Shown here: one piece after another, positions 11,801 to 24,207 of the stretch
Position numbering within the stretch: position 1 is the stretch's first letter
Layout of the letters: each line of letters starts with the position of its first letter
Assembly: GCA_000934665.2 (NCBI GenBank)
Contig: KZ538533.1
Location: 1 to 63,682, forward strand
Direction: 5' to 3'
Length of the DNA stretch: 63,682 nucleotides
Source of the DNA: Catajapyx aquilonaris
Lineage: Eukaryota
Notes under the pieces: model-generated
Seen by the model: only the letters and a program-made list of their open reading frames with translations
What the model was told of the DNA's origin: nothing
Databases searched by the model: none
Translations under genes and position numbers: made by a program

Positions 11801-14800
11801 GCCATTGGGCGAAAAAAACCGACCAGACGTATGTCTGGCCGCCTTCAACACAGCCAGAACTAGGTGTGGTCATATCCAAACAGACACAGCTAGTTCTGCT
11901 CGTTCCTGCTTATTATTATACCTATGGATATGGAGGTGATAGGGCGATGGATGGAGCCCTTTGTGTTGGTGTGGCTGTGGAGCTTGGGGGTGACTGAACC
12001 AGGACTGTTCTTTGTTGTGGCCCTGCCGCGCACGGTCTGTCGCATTGCCCGATAATCTTGGTTAGTTGCGAGCTGAGCACTTATTGTGTGTTGTGCATCT
12101 GCCCAACAATACTTGTCTTGTACGGTCACCGGCCAACAAATGTTATTGGGGCTTTGCCAAGCACATTCCAGTAATTTGCGATTGGCCAAGCCACAATAAC
12201 GTTCGTTGGCCTGCGGCGCACAAAGACGGACAATATTGTCGGGTGGATACACAGCCCACAATAAATGCTCAGCTAGCTACGTTCGCAATGAACTAAAAAT
12301 CATCGGGCAATGCGACAGACCAAGCCTGGCAGGGCCACAGCAAAGGACAGTCCTGGTGCTGTCACCCCAAAGCCACACCAACACAAATCCATCTCCCAAT
12401 CACCTCCTTATCCATAGGTATATGAATGAGCAGGAGTGATCAGAACTAGCTGTGGCTGTTTTGGTCTTTTTTTCAGGCCTATTGGCATTTTCGGGGTTTG
12501 AGCCTAACATATACACACTTACAGGATCCTCTCTTTTTTACATGAGGATTCTGTTTCTTCCAGAAGATAAGCTCTTATTGTATTCACACCTTTCTTTTGT
12601 CAGGTGGTGCAGCGAAGGTGCTGTCCACAATGAAGACACTCCCGTCCAACATGGTGACAGTGACCAAAGCTCATCCAACTCTTACAACTCAGACCATTGG
12701 TGGGAAGCAGACTATCGTGATTACCAAGCCTGGAGGGGGTGGATCAATACGTCCCCAAACACAACAGATAATCGTTGTGACTACTGCATCTGGGCTCAGA
12801 ACAGTGCAGACGCTCTCAAGCTCTCAGGCAGCTCTGGGTAGGTTGACAGCTGGAGCAGTTGGTGGTGGCTTTGTAATATCTTAACCACTACTCATTCTAA
12901 ACAAAATCCATATATATGCTTACCCAGAAAGTGATGGGTTCATGATGATAATGAGGAGGATTTGTGTGGGCTTTAATTAAATGAATTTTTGGCAAAATCT
13001 AGGGAAATGTGACGTATTTTATTGGGCACTTGATCATTGAGGAAATTTTTCTGGATTGCTTCTGCCTATATTAGGGTCATTCCCACGTGCCACAGGGATC
13101 ATGATCCTTACCCCCGAAAAACGCGATTGGAGTGTTCCCACATGCCCTTCCTCCACTCGAACGTGTTTACGAAGGTGACTGTGGCAGCCAGCTTGAGGAA
13201 GTTGGCTGCCACTTTCCGAGTCGCGATCCTGACGTCACTCCCCCTCCGGACCGGGTCTTAGCCGAGCAACATGGCGGCTCTCTTCTTGGCCCCATCTGCC
13301 CCCACGCTCTGCGGGCAGCCAGGACCTGTGTAATAACGTAGATAGCATTCCTCCATGCTATTACTGCCAGGCCTCTCGTAGAGTCACCCGTGCCTTTGTC
13401 CGGGAGCCGAAGCGAGAGTCATTTTTTCGCCAGGCGGGAGGACGTGCTTCCAGACCCATCTACCGATAATCACGAAAAGTACGTGGCTTGTGGGAACAGT
13501 CACCAAGATTTTGCCCATCAGAATCGTGGTTGGAGATCGAGATTTTGTGACACGTGGGAATGACCCTGTTGAAGTTGACAATTGAATCAGAATTGGTAAT
13601 CTTTCTACAGGAACTTCAACCTCCACCATGAATGTCCTACCCATGGTCACTGGTGGCCAGGTGACAACTGCTGGCGGGATGAAGATGATTGTTGTGTCTT
13701 CAGGTGCTATGGGAGGAGTCAGTGCCCTGCAGGGCACAGCCAGCACATCCGGCCTAGGCTCTGGTGCCACCACAGTCACTTCTATTCCCAAACCCATCAC
13801 CATTACTGTGCCTGGACAGCAAGGCGCACCCCCCAAGACAGTCACCATTGCCCACAAGTCCGCTGCTGGAATTGCAGGAGGCACTACCCTTTTGAACACA
13901 GGAGGACAGATTCTGGCTGTGCCAGCACAGGGAATTCTGTCTGGAACTGGCCAACAACAGCTTACTATTGGAGGGAAGCCAGTCACAGTCCAGGTGGGAG
14001 GATTTCTCTTGTCATTTGAAAATCGGGTTCTCCACAAGCTAGACCAAAAATATGGATGAACGTGTCTGTAACGAAATGTTGTTATCTGTTCCAGGTGACA
14101 ACTGCAGCTGGTGGCCAGAAGACTGTGGCTTTGGTGTCATCGAGCCAAGCAATGACAAGTGGCACTCAGGCGAAGGTGCTAACTGTGGCTGGTAAGAACC
14201 AGCAGGCAGGTGCTGCTAAGGTTATGGTAGTGTCTCAAGGACAATCACAACAGCCACAGCCAACTGCATCCTCCATTGGGTCGCTGGATGGACCTGCAAC
14301 CACAGATGCAGCCCTTGCCGCCTTGGCTGCTGAGGCAGGCCTGATTGACCCCCCTGTAGATGAGCTGGGCCAGCTGGCTGCAGCCACTGGTGCAGCAACT
14401 GTGAGGCTGGCTGTAAGTGGAGATGGAGATGAAGAGGCAACGATGGGGGAAGGAGAGGCTTCATTTATAGCCTCTGGAGGAGTGCTGGGAGAGGAAGATC
14501 TGGAAGGTGTGATGCAGGCTGCTGTTGGAGAGGAGAGGATGGCTGTTGATGATGCAGCACCTGGAGAGCAGCCAGCAGAAGAACCCATGGAACAAGATGA
14601 AGGGAACCCTGGTAACCCAGGAAATCCAGGAAGTCCTAACCCAGGGAATCCGGGAAACCCAGGCAACCCCGGGAGTCCTAATCCGGGAAACCCGGGGAAT
14701 CCACATAATCCGGGGAATCCAGGCAGCCCTAACCCAGGAAACCCTGGAAATCCAGGTAACCCTCATAACCCAGGGAACCCAGGAAGTCCTAACCCAGGGA

Positions 14801-16534
14801 ATCCAGGAAATCCCCATAATCATGGGAATCCTGGCAGTCCTAATCCAGGGAACCCTGGAAATCATAACCCAGGAAACCCCCATAATCCTGGGAATCCAGG
14901 AAGCCCCAATCCTGGAAATCCTGGCAACCATAGAAATCCAGGTAATCCACACAATCCTGGAAACCCTGGAAATCATGGCAATCCACACAACCCTGGTAAC
15001 CCTGGAAATCACGGCAACCCACACAACCCTGGGAACCCTGGGAACCCTGGCAATCCACACAATCCTGGGAACCCAGGTAATCATGGTAACCCTGGAAACC
15101 CTGGAAACCCTGGCAACCCACACAATCCTGGAAATCCTGGCAATCATGGGAACCCAGGCAACCCACATAATCCTGGAAATCCACATAATCCAGGAAACCC
15201 ACACAATCCTGGAAATCCTGGCAATCCACATAATCCAGGAAACCCAGGTAGTCCAGGAAATCCTGGCAATCCTGGAAACCCAGGCAACCCTGGAAGCCCC
15301 AAGGATGAGGTCAAAGATGAGGCTGAAGAGTTGAAAGAGCCAAAGGAGGAGCTGAAGACAGACGTTAAGAAGGAGGAAGACTCTCAGGAGGAAGGAACCA
15401 GGCACGGTGACACAAAGGATAAGACCAAGGATGAACTTGATGCAGATAAGCCAGCAACCAGTGAGGCGCACCTTCTGGATCCATTGTCCACCTTGGCATC
15501 AGCAGCCATCAGCTCAGCCAACAGTATGGCCAAGGATGACACAACCATGGCTATTGCAGCCAATGCCACAACCACTACTCCAGCTACTACAGCTGCCAAT
15601 GGACTGAAGGTTGACGACGATTCAAAAACAGTAGCTAGACGTGATAGTGCGTGGTATGATGTGGGTGTTATCAAGGGGACATCATGTATCGTTCAAGCAT
15701 ACTACCTGCCACAGGTTAGTTGTAACTGTAAGGGCGATTATTATCAAAGACTGTTGATATTTCGGGTGTAATATTAAATGTTACCTTCTGCAGGAGGGTG
15801 TTGAAAGTAAGGAGATTGACTGCGAGGCAGACTTGGACCCTAGCTTGATGGTGCGTATGGAGCTGAAGCCAGGCACAGCGTACAAGTTCAGAGTAGCAGG
15901 CATCAACTCAAGTGGACGTGGCCCATGGTCAGAAGTTTCTGCCTTCAAGACCTGCCTTCCAGGCTTCCCAGGGGCTCCATCAGCTATCAAGATATCCAAG
16001 CTGGCAGATGGGGCCCACCTGTCATGGGAGCCACCCCAGAGCACTACAGGGGATATCATAGAGTACTCTGTGTACCTGGCTGTCAGGAGTGCCACCACTC
16101 AATCCGCTGGTGACACCAAGACAGTGGCCAGTACCCCATCACAACTGGCCTTTGTCCGGGTCTATTGTGGACCTGCCAACTCCTGCACTGTGGGCAACGC
16201 GTCACTGTCAGCTGCTCATATCGACACCACCACCAAGCCTGCCATTATATTCCGGATTGCAGCACGGAATGAGAAGGGGTATGGGCCTGCTACGCAAGTC
16301 CGGTGGCTGCAAGGTATGGCCTGATTCCCGTATTAAGGTATATCTTCGTGAGCAATTTTAATTGGTAACCAATTTGTGCACCTAACTGTTGAGTTAACTG
16401 ATATGGTTCCTTCTTCAGAATCTGCCTCTCCTTCCTTTGGAGCAAAGGGTGCACCTGTGAAGAGGCCAGCTGTTGACCTGAAGGCACCATTTACAGTGAC
16501 CAGCAAGAAAGTCAAATCAGACGAGTCCTCATGA
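5831..16534 (+). CDS. HCFC1: Host cell factor 1 (Kelch beta-propeller, split Fn3, basic region, GNP repeat, acidic region, C-terminal Fn3, NLS)
   Basis: 14 exons: 5831-5990 (GC donor), 8930-9078, 9155-9521, 9744-9935, 9999-10144, 10213-10732, 10810-11333, 11419-11557, 11643-11732, 12604-12837, 13611-13993, 14095-15714, 15794-16313, 16419-16534. Hallmark peptides: [122 protein letters not shown], and basic [11 protein letters not shown]...KKVK. Confidence 0.96.
7447..7670 (+). mobile_element. tRNA-derived SINE with a V-domain-like core, in HCF intron 1
   Basis: A box TGGCGTAGCGG (~7458) and B box GAGTTCAATCT (~7511), followed by TGTGTGGATAGTTTCGATGGGTTCTCTCCGTGTTCATGTGGGTTTTCTCGGGGTTCTCCCATTTCCTCCCGCAATCAAAA, which resembles the conserved V-SINE central domain as recalled. 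The 3' boundary is approximate. Confidence 0.7.
11773..12513. mobile_element. Foldback/MITE-like element, ~740-bp imperfect palindrome, in HCF intron 9
   Basis: Ends TATATGTTAGGCTCAAAC / GTTTGAGCCTAACATATA. Complementarity continues inward (e.g. CAGCTAGTTCTG/CAGAACTAGCTG, TACCTATGGATA/TATCCATAGGTA, GGTCTGTCGCATTGCCCGAT/ATCGGGCAATGCGACAGACC) to a centre near 12170. Confidence 0.85.
13073..13567. mobile_element. Non-autonomous DNA transposon, ~495 bp, in HCF intron 10
   Basis: TIRs AGGGTCATTCCCACGTG(C)CACA / TGTG(A)CACGTGGGAATGACCCT. The CpG-rich interior differs from the flanking intron. No clear TSD. Confidence 0.7.
14602..15300 (+). repeat. Coding tripeptide repeat (GNP)n with GSPNP, HNP and GNH variants, 233 aa, inside HCF exon 12
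   Basis: Direct translation within the 14056-15771 ORF. 9-bp periodicity with varied synonymous third positions. Confidence 0.95.
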
Positions 16535-17649
16535 GGTCAAGCAGGAACTGGCAATGCTTTTCAGTTTGCATAGCCGTGATACGGATCTATGATTCTATGA
16601 TCTTTTTTTTTTTTTCCATTGGTTGTGGGGAGGAAAAAGGTGGGTTTATTCACATCCATTTATCAATCTTTACCTCTTCTATTCCTTTTTTTTTTTTGTA
16701 TGTTGTAATCATTCCCCATCACCTGTACATTGGATTTACAACAGTTAATCTTAAATGAAAGTTGAAAACCCAACCCCCTCACCATACATACATTTATGTT
16801 TGCATCTTTATTTTAAATACCTCCCCTCCCTTTTAAGCATATTGAACTGCAATGTACAAATATTCGTTGGTTACAGCCAGCGAAGGTAGTGTTCCCCTCC
16901 CACTAATCCCCCCCTCCCCTTCCTTTTATGGAGTTAAAAGGAGATGACATTGGTTCAACCGAACAATGAATTTTTGAGTAGAAGTTCAGCACTTTCTTTT
17001 TGTGAATGTCAAGGTAAAATTGTTTCGAGAGGGTTACTAACATTTTAAAATCTAGATTTTTTCCGCGTCATACCAATTAGGTCCTGAGATTTGTATTGAG
17101 AGCAGTTAGAACAATTGGCCAAGTGATAAGTACCTGGATTTCATTGTCCCTGATTTTGTGGTGCATTTTGCGTGTGTAACTGCTTTCGTACAGTTTTACC
17201 CCCCCTCCTGTACAGGTGTTTTTTGAAAGCAGCAATTTAGTGTGTAACATTGGGGAAGGGGGGGTAGAAGGGTGCTGATAATACAGCAATCTCTCACCTG
17301 TTTGCAGTTTTTTCTGACCCTCTCCCTCTAGTAGTAAGGTTAATATATCATGTTTCTTAGATTGGGGACATGTCCATCTCAATTTGCTTATGGTATGTCA
17401 CGGTCAGGTCATCTGCTCTGTTGGGGGGGAATGTGATCCAAAATTATTTTAGTGAATTTGCCCCCTGAGCATGTAACTTCATTCTTCTCATTATCACAAG
17501 TGCTACATGACCAGCTTGTAAAGAGAGCCGATAACATTGCCCTTCTTGGCTCCTCCTGAGGAATGTACAGGGTAGTCATTACGGAACATTTGCACTTGCA
17601 CCTTCCTTTCCAATTAGGGCCAGTTAAAGGGGAAGTGATTGGTTGGTGC

Positions 17650-17971
17650 ATGCTTGGTCCCGAGTGAGAGCACAGAAACTAAATTCAGAGAGAGAGGTGC
17701 AAACACGCAGCATATTTTGGGTCAGTTTCTCTTTGTGGCCGGAAAAGACTTCCTGTGGGTGTCAAGGATGGGAGGTACAAGGTGCAAGTGAATTGTCTGG
17801 AATGGCCATTTTGTGAGTATGGATGGTTAGAGTAGTGGAGATTCCACCTGAGACGGATCAAGAGATGACCCAACTCCAGACGAGATGAACAGGGGGGGAA
17901 ACCTGAGCTTGGGATCGAACCCAGGACCCTACCATCAGTGGGTGCATACATTACTGCAGCGCCACTCTGCC
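17650..17971 (-). mobile_element. tRNA-derived SINE-like element (second family)
   Basis: The minus strand starts GGCAGAGTGGCGCTGCAGTAATG (A-box-like) and has B box GGTTCGATCCC (plus-strand 17911-17921). No complete cloverleaf. The 3' boundary is uncertain. Confidence 0.5.
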
Positions 17972-19289
17972 TTTCAGTAGACTTCCATTGTGGGTACGAA
18001 GCGCTGAGAAAACCCATCAAAATTTTTACGCATAACTTCTATTATTAATTTATCAACTTGGGTTGGAATGGCTGCTCCACCCTTCCCCAAGAATTTTACA
18101 GTGTGATTTGACAGTTTTGTCCAAAGAATTGACTGGTGACCATAATTGAAGTGGCTATTTGGATCACCTAGGTTTTAGCTTCCTTTTCACTAGAGCACAT
18201 GGCCTTGATTGACATGCACCAAGTGAAATGTGATGGGATGGCCTGTAGCATTTTTTATGTAAAAGTGTGGAGGGAAATGTGGAAAAAGAGATGAGTTTTT
18301 GCGATTTTGCAGCTGATGATGATTACGATTGAATGATGCAGACTTTTCCGATGTCCCTCCTCCCCCGAGTAATATTTTTTGTACACTTTGTAGTGTTTCG
18401 CCACATTTGATCTACCCTCGATTCCTCTTTCATCGGCTTCCGTAGGCATAGTCTCACCTGGTTTTCCCTCCCCTCTGCTGATGTGGTTAGTTTTTACAAC
18501 ACTGCATGTATTTAATCATAAGTAACTTAAGACGTAGGCCACAGTGGATGGCACTTGGGGACAGATAATTTGGTCATGGCACAAATTTTTGCAATATACA
18601 ATTTTATCAAAAGCAAGTTAGCTGATCCGCAAGCGCAATCCATCTGGCATCCAAGGTAATTTGTCAGACAAGTATTATATTTTGATGCATTGGAGCAACA
18701 TATGTGATGAGCGCTAAATGCAATATCCTGACAGGTTGCCAGTATTTAAAAGAAGCAAAAAATTGTGATGGATAACATCATCAAAATTTTCCTCATCTAG
18801 CCACTCTGAAAAGACAGACAGCACATTTGGGACCCCACGAGTGACTTTTTGCAGACTATGTTAATCGGATCGTGGGACTGCTCCAATTTTGATTTTGTTG
18901 ATTTTGTTTCAGTGACAAATCATACCAGTAGTTGTAAAGTGTATTATAAAGGGGACGCTAATAATACCCACATATTTTTGTGTGACGATAACTTCTTTTT
19001 GCAACTACAAACATTTGGGCTGAGGGTTGGGTCAGACTTGACTAATGGTACCAAAATTTCTTGAATCATGAAATGACATGTTCATTTTTTTTTTAAGTAT
19101 GAGAAAATAATGTAAGCAAATAATTGGAACCGTTTGCATCCAAGGGTATACATTTGTGGCTCTTGTTGCGCGGGGAGCGAAATAAAACAAAGTTTATTAT
19201 GTTGCTGTATTTTTCGTGCAAGAGCAATAAAGAAGGGGATGAAACGGCTGAAGTGGAGGTTTGATTTGTAGTTATTGACAAACACGGTA

Positions 19290-22200
19290 TCATTTTGGAA
19301 CAAAATGTTACCCAGTTGCAAACACAATCACAGGCTGACTGGCAGATCACGCCGACCCAAAGACTCGATGAACCCAGCTTTAGCTCACGGAAGAGTTCAA
19401 GTGTGGACTGATTTCATCGTGTTGCATCCTGTCATCCAGCATTAGTCACACTTGCAGCTGTAGTTGGTTAGGCACTGCTGATCACTTGGTGATGCAAGTT
19501 CTGAGTACATCAGGTGGAGTCCATCGGCAGCAGGTGCGAATGTGGAGTCAATGGGATGCAATTTTCTGGGCTGTTGCTTCCTACCTGGGATTAATTGCAC
19601 GTTTTTATTTTGGGTCGTGAGTAGTTCCTCGCTTCTGCATCATCCTGTGCACCATTTATGCGGTCACCATTTTGATTCGCAAACATCAGAAATCAGCAGG
19701 TGCCACCCTGATTAAACAAATGCGTTGGGAGACGTCTCCAGGAATCCATTGCGGAGGTGGGGAATGTTGGTACACAACACTTGTAATTTCCTGCATCTAT
19801 ATCCGAGCTCCTTTGCCAAATTTTCAGCCCATTTGTTTGTAATCAAAGCCCACGATTTGTCATTAGCGCATACCACCCGGGCTAAAATTGCTTAGGAAAG
19901 TGGCCGTATCTCTCACTACCTTGGCCGACATGAATCACAATTTTGGTTTTAGGTGTGTGCGACCATCATCTGGGTCTACTTATGGTGTCACCACATTTTT
20001 AATAATGAATGACCAACATCCTGTGTAGCACGGTGCCCACATTTTAAATAAGTTAATTGCATATGGAAAATGAGTGTCAAATGAGACGCCTCAGTAGTTT
20101 GTATAGTCAAATGAAGCTGCCAGATTCCACTTCACCCTCCCCCCCTCTTTTTTTTCAAAATATAAAAATAAAATAAAAAATCCAAAAAAGAAAAATGTGG
20201 TGGGCAGCTACATTTTTGATGGGGACACATGGACCCGTGACGTTGACGTTTCGAGAATTCCGCGCGTGTTTTTGCATCGGGCGCAGTGTGCCGAAATAGA
20301 AATAGCGAGACTAAATCGGGCCTTTAGGAGGGGCCAAAATATAGCGGGATGGTTAATTTTGGCCTTTGCCCATTTTAGACTGTAAGTAACTTCAATGCAC
20401 CCTTGACATCATAAATAAACAAAAGGGAATTCCTGACCGGCATTATCCTTTGTTTGCCCTTGGTGGCGCTGCCGTCGGCGCTTCCGGTAATGGCGTCGGA
20501 GCCGCTTCCGGTCCCGATTGCGATTGGTCCCGTACTTAAATGTTTGGATGATGTCGATATCCTCCTGCAAATTGCGACAGAAGCCGGCGCATATTTGCGG
20601 AGGAGCAAAAACCGCAACGTTATGACTGGAAACTGCGCCAAGCTTCGGTTTATAATATATATTTTTACCGCCATTTGCGAAAATTTTTAAATATAGTAAA
20701 TAAATAAAATAACATAAGTTGCGTGTTAACAAATTTATTGCTGGTATAATGAGCAAGGATTTCATGTGTTGGCCATTCTTGCGTGCCATTTGCAGGTACC
20801 AATTTTGGATCCAAGGTTATTTAGGATAACCAATGGCTTTTTTTTTTTTTTAAAGTGAAAATGTAGGCCTATGTTGTTTACACCAACACGGAATAATATG
20901 TTATTCGGCTGTCGCAATAAGTGCTTCTGGTAGGGTTTTTAAGAAACACGCTGCGGAAATTGGGATCATCGCCAGGCAATGCCTCTGCACTACTCTTAAA
21001 ATAATTGTAAGTTCGCGATTCAAGCAGTTATTTTGATCGTCCAGTTTGTTTTGCGAACCATGTAATGACATGGCAAAATTCGTCTTAAAATAAATCAGGT
21101 AATAAGACAACATTTTCATGGAAAAAAGGTGTGGTTCTCCCTTGTATGCATTACTAATATTTTGTAGTCCATGTTTTAATATGCAATTACAATTTTAATG
21201 AGATAGAATTTTTGCAGACTCTGCCTCCAAGAAGTGCTATATTTTTCTCTCAAAGAACTTTGTGATATCCTGCGTTCTTGGCAACCCGGATAGCATGTGG
21301 CTTATGGGTTCTGGCGATGAGGCAAATATGTGAGCGGTAATGAGCAGAATATCCGCTCACATAGCATACTTTAGCGTACTTAACAACTTTGTGTGGTTCA
21401 AACATGTGTTTGGGAAAAGGCTTCGTAATATCACACTCAATAGGTGATGATGCCCTGATGCAGTCTTATTGTTCAGTGTATAAGGTGTGTATGTGAATGA
21501 CTTGACTAGCTGGATGCTGCCCAAGGGGAAATCTGGCCGTTTGTGTATGTAACAGACGTATAGTTTCTCAACATACTGTAACTACCCCCCCCNTACTGTA
21601 ACTACCCCCCAGCTCAACCACCACCACCTTTGATTAGTGCTCTCTATACGTCATGTACTGGTTTAGGCTACTTTATAACACCTATATGGAATTCCCTGGA
21701 GCTAAAGGGAAGGCCATGTCTCCTTGCGTTGTGGATCCCATTTTTTTGTTAGTGTTTCTCAACTAATTGCATTACGGCAGCTGTATACAGCAGTGCTTGA
21801 GTAGCCTACTATTAGAAAGGCTATTGCGCTCTGTTTATACAGCTATTGAGTGACGCCATATCTTCTAATCATACTATTCGTAGAAAACTTACTTATATTA
21901 TTTTGCATAATTCATGTACATCCCTTTGGTTCTATTCAGGTATGTTGAGTAAAACAATAGTTTGTGATTAATCAAGTGCCACTAAGCAATGTTTATCCAC
22001 GCCTCTTCAACACGATTTTAAGGAATCATGACTCAATATAATGTTCAGCATATATGCGTACGCAGCTGACAACACACCAAAGTCATTGCCATTTCTGGGA
22101 TTTCTCTAATGCACAAGTCTAGTCATGTTTACAGTACCAATATTTGCTGATTAGTTTTTTTTTTCAAGTTCTATATAAAACTTGTGGAGTTGGAGCACGT

Positions 22201-23297
22201 GCGGTAGCATTAAATTACAGGTTGTTCTTACCTGGGTGATTAGTCTGTCTTCAACCCTGATGCTCTTCTTCTCAAAAACTTGTATTCATTAGTGACGTGA
22301 TAGTCAGCTCACGTCACGAGCTATCAATCCCCTGTCAAATTTACACCTGGGTTTCAATCACATTTTGACACTAATTTCACGCATGAGTGAGCGTCATTCC
22401 TAGAAATTTAACCACGTTTGAATTTAGCGTTGCCGGAAACGGTACCTTATAGTGTATGTTTTGCTTTCACCTCTCAGCACCTTTGCAAATCCATCGCATG
22501 CTGTAAGACACGAATTATGTGAGAAATATAGCAATAATGAGCTTACCTGCCAATCAGAGCCGTTAGTAACAACAAACGGTAGCCAATCAGAGCCAATCGT
22601 CACGCGCAAAATGGCGGGGGGGGGAATCAGTATATGTGACATAGATTGCAACTTATTCTCGTCCTACATAAAAACGCAACCGTAACAGGGTCATTCATTG
22701 TCACAATCACGCCTGCCAATGACCGTGCTGCGTGAAGAACATGCGGCAATGGATCTTGACACTGACTTGACCCGATGGGTTGCAGTTTGGAGCAACAACC
22801 TGTCTTATCTTTAGAGACTACTTTCTCTGGTCGTTTACTTTATTCGTCGTTCATTGATTCGCTTATGCAGTAAAAAAAAAATTGTGTGCACGTATCTCTG
22901 TAGCTATACCGGTATGCCTGATAGATTTTTTTTAAAGTCAACGGAGTAAATATAGCTGGTTATATTATCAGTAATGCTGAAGAATGTTGATAACGGGGAA
23001 TACCTGCATTCTTTGGATGACTAGAGTGCTAATCATACTTATGATAGCGGTTATGCAGGTGTTAATAGACTGTCTATTCAGAATGTTATGGGCATTTTAT
23101 TACATACCGGTACTAGAAAAGCCATCTATGGATGATTGGATGACGTCAAACATTAATTGTCTGTGTGACGTCAACCAACCAAGATGGCTTCCTTTGTGGG
23201 TAATAAAACTGCAGTGCCCACTTTCCTTATAGAGAAGCCAATTCTGACCCAAACTACTTACCTTCATAGATATGATAATTTTTTGTGTCACTCATTT
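19290..23297 (-). pseudogene. Candidate spliced gene or pseudogene with a polybasic linker and a frameshifted cysteine-rich (spaetzle-like?) tail
   Basis: Phase-consistent GT-AG exons 23262-23297, 22232-22278, 20438-20564 and from 19584 downward. The cysteine pattern is split across frames. AATAAA (-) at 19193-19198. The family assignment is inference only. Confidence 0.3.
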
Positions 23298-24128
23298 CTG
23301 GGAATACAGTAGAAAATAAGTACAAACATGTGATAATAATTCATCCTTTATTATCTAATCCAATAATAACTTACTAAAATAAATACTGATAAAGGTTCAA
23401 AATATCTTGCTGTGCACATGCACAACCCTATTTAACTTTGTACATAATAAAGAAATGGGGAGGGGGGGGGGGGGATAGTACAGGTGTACAAAAATAGAAT
23501 CGCGCCACATGCCACTTTTTGCAAGGTTGATTCTCATGAGTATTACGCAGGCTTACCGCTCAATTTACATACTGAGTGTATGTGTAAGGTGAGGAGTGAC
23601 GTTCATGGATGGGGGATTACCGGGCGCGATCCTTGAAAGTTTGACCCAAAAAAAGTACAAAAATACTGCGGCGACAATGTTAAGTAGACCCTTTTGAAAA
23701 ATTTTCTCAGGTGTTAACCACGTCATTGTTTTTTTTTCGTTTGTTTTTTATTACAAATTACAACATTAGGAAAACATAAGTGTCTACCGGAGTTATGCCT
23801 GGACTAGAGATATTTCGGTGCAGAATGTACACTTTTTTATTTTTTTTCAAAAAAAAAAGGCCTGAAAGGCTGAGAAAACAAACCGCTCATGTTATTTTGT
23901 ATGACGTGTGTATTTTCTGCACAATGAAAGCGTTCTGTTTAAAAAATATTAACAACAAAAATTGTACAAAAGAACTGTAGGAGTTTTTTTTTTTGATATT
24001 TAAAATTTACATACTATACAACAATGTTAAATCACACTAATTATATACATAATACAACATGGCGAAGAATATTTCTCTCAGTCTGTCAAAACCACTGCAA
24101 TGAAACAACCATATATACATTTTTACAC

Positions 24129-24130
<2 letters not shown>

Positions 24131-24206
<76 letters not shown>
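24131..24206. repeat. (TAA/AAT)n microsatellite, ~25 units
   Basis: Perfect trinucleotide run read directly. Confidence 0.98.

Positions 24207-24207
<1 letters not shown>

Noticed and set aside
14461..15471. Long alternative-frame ORFs (336 aa -, 269 aa +, 129 aa -) over the GNP tract
   Set aside because: Shadows of a stop-poor 9-bp coding repeat. Only the GNP frame is continuous with conserved HCF exons.
21574..21610. Direct repeat TACTGTAACTACCCCCC around a single N
   Set aside because: Typical contig-overlap artefact at a homopolymer.
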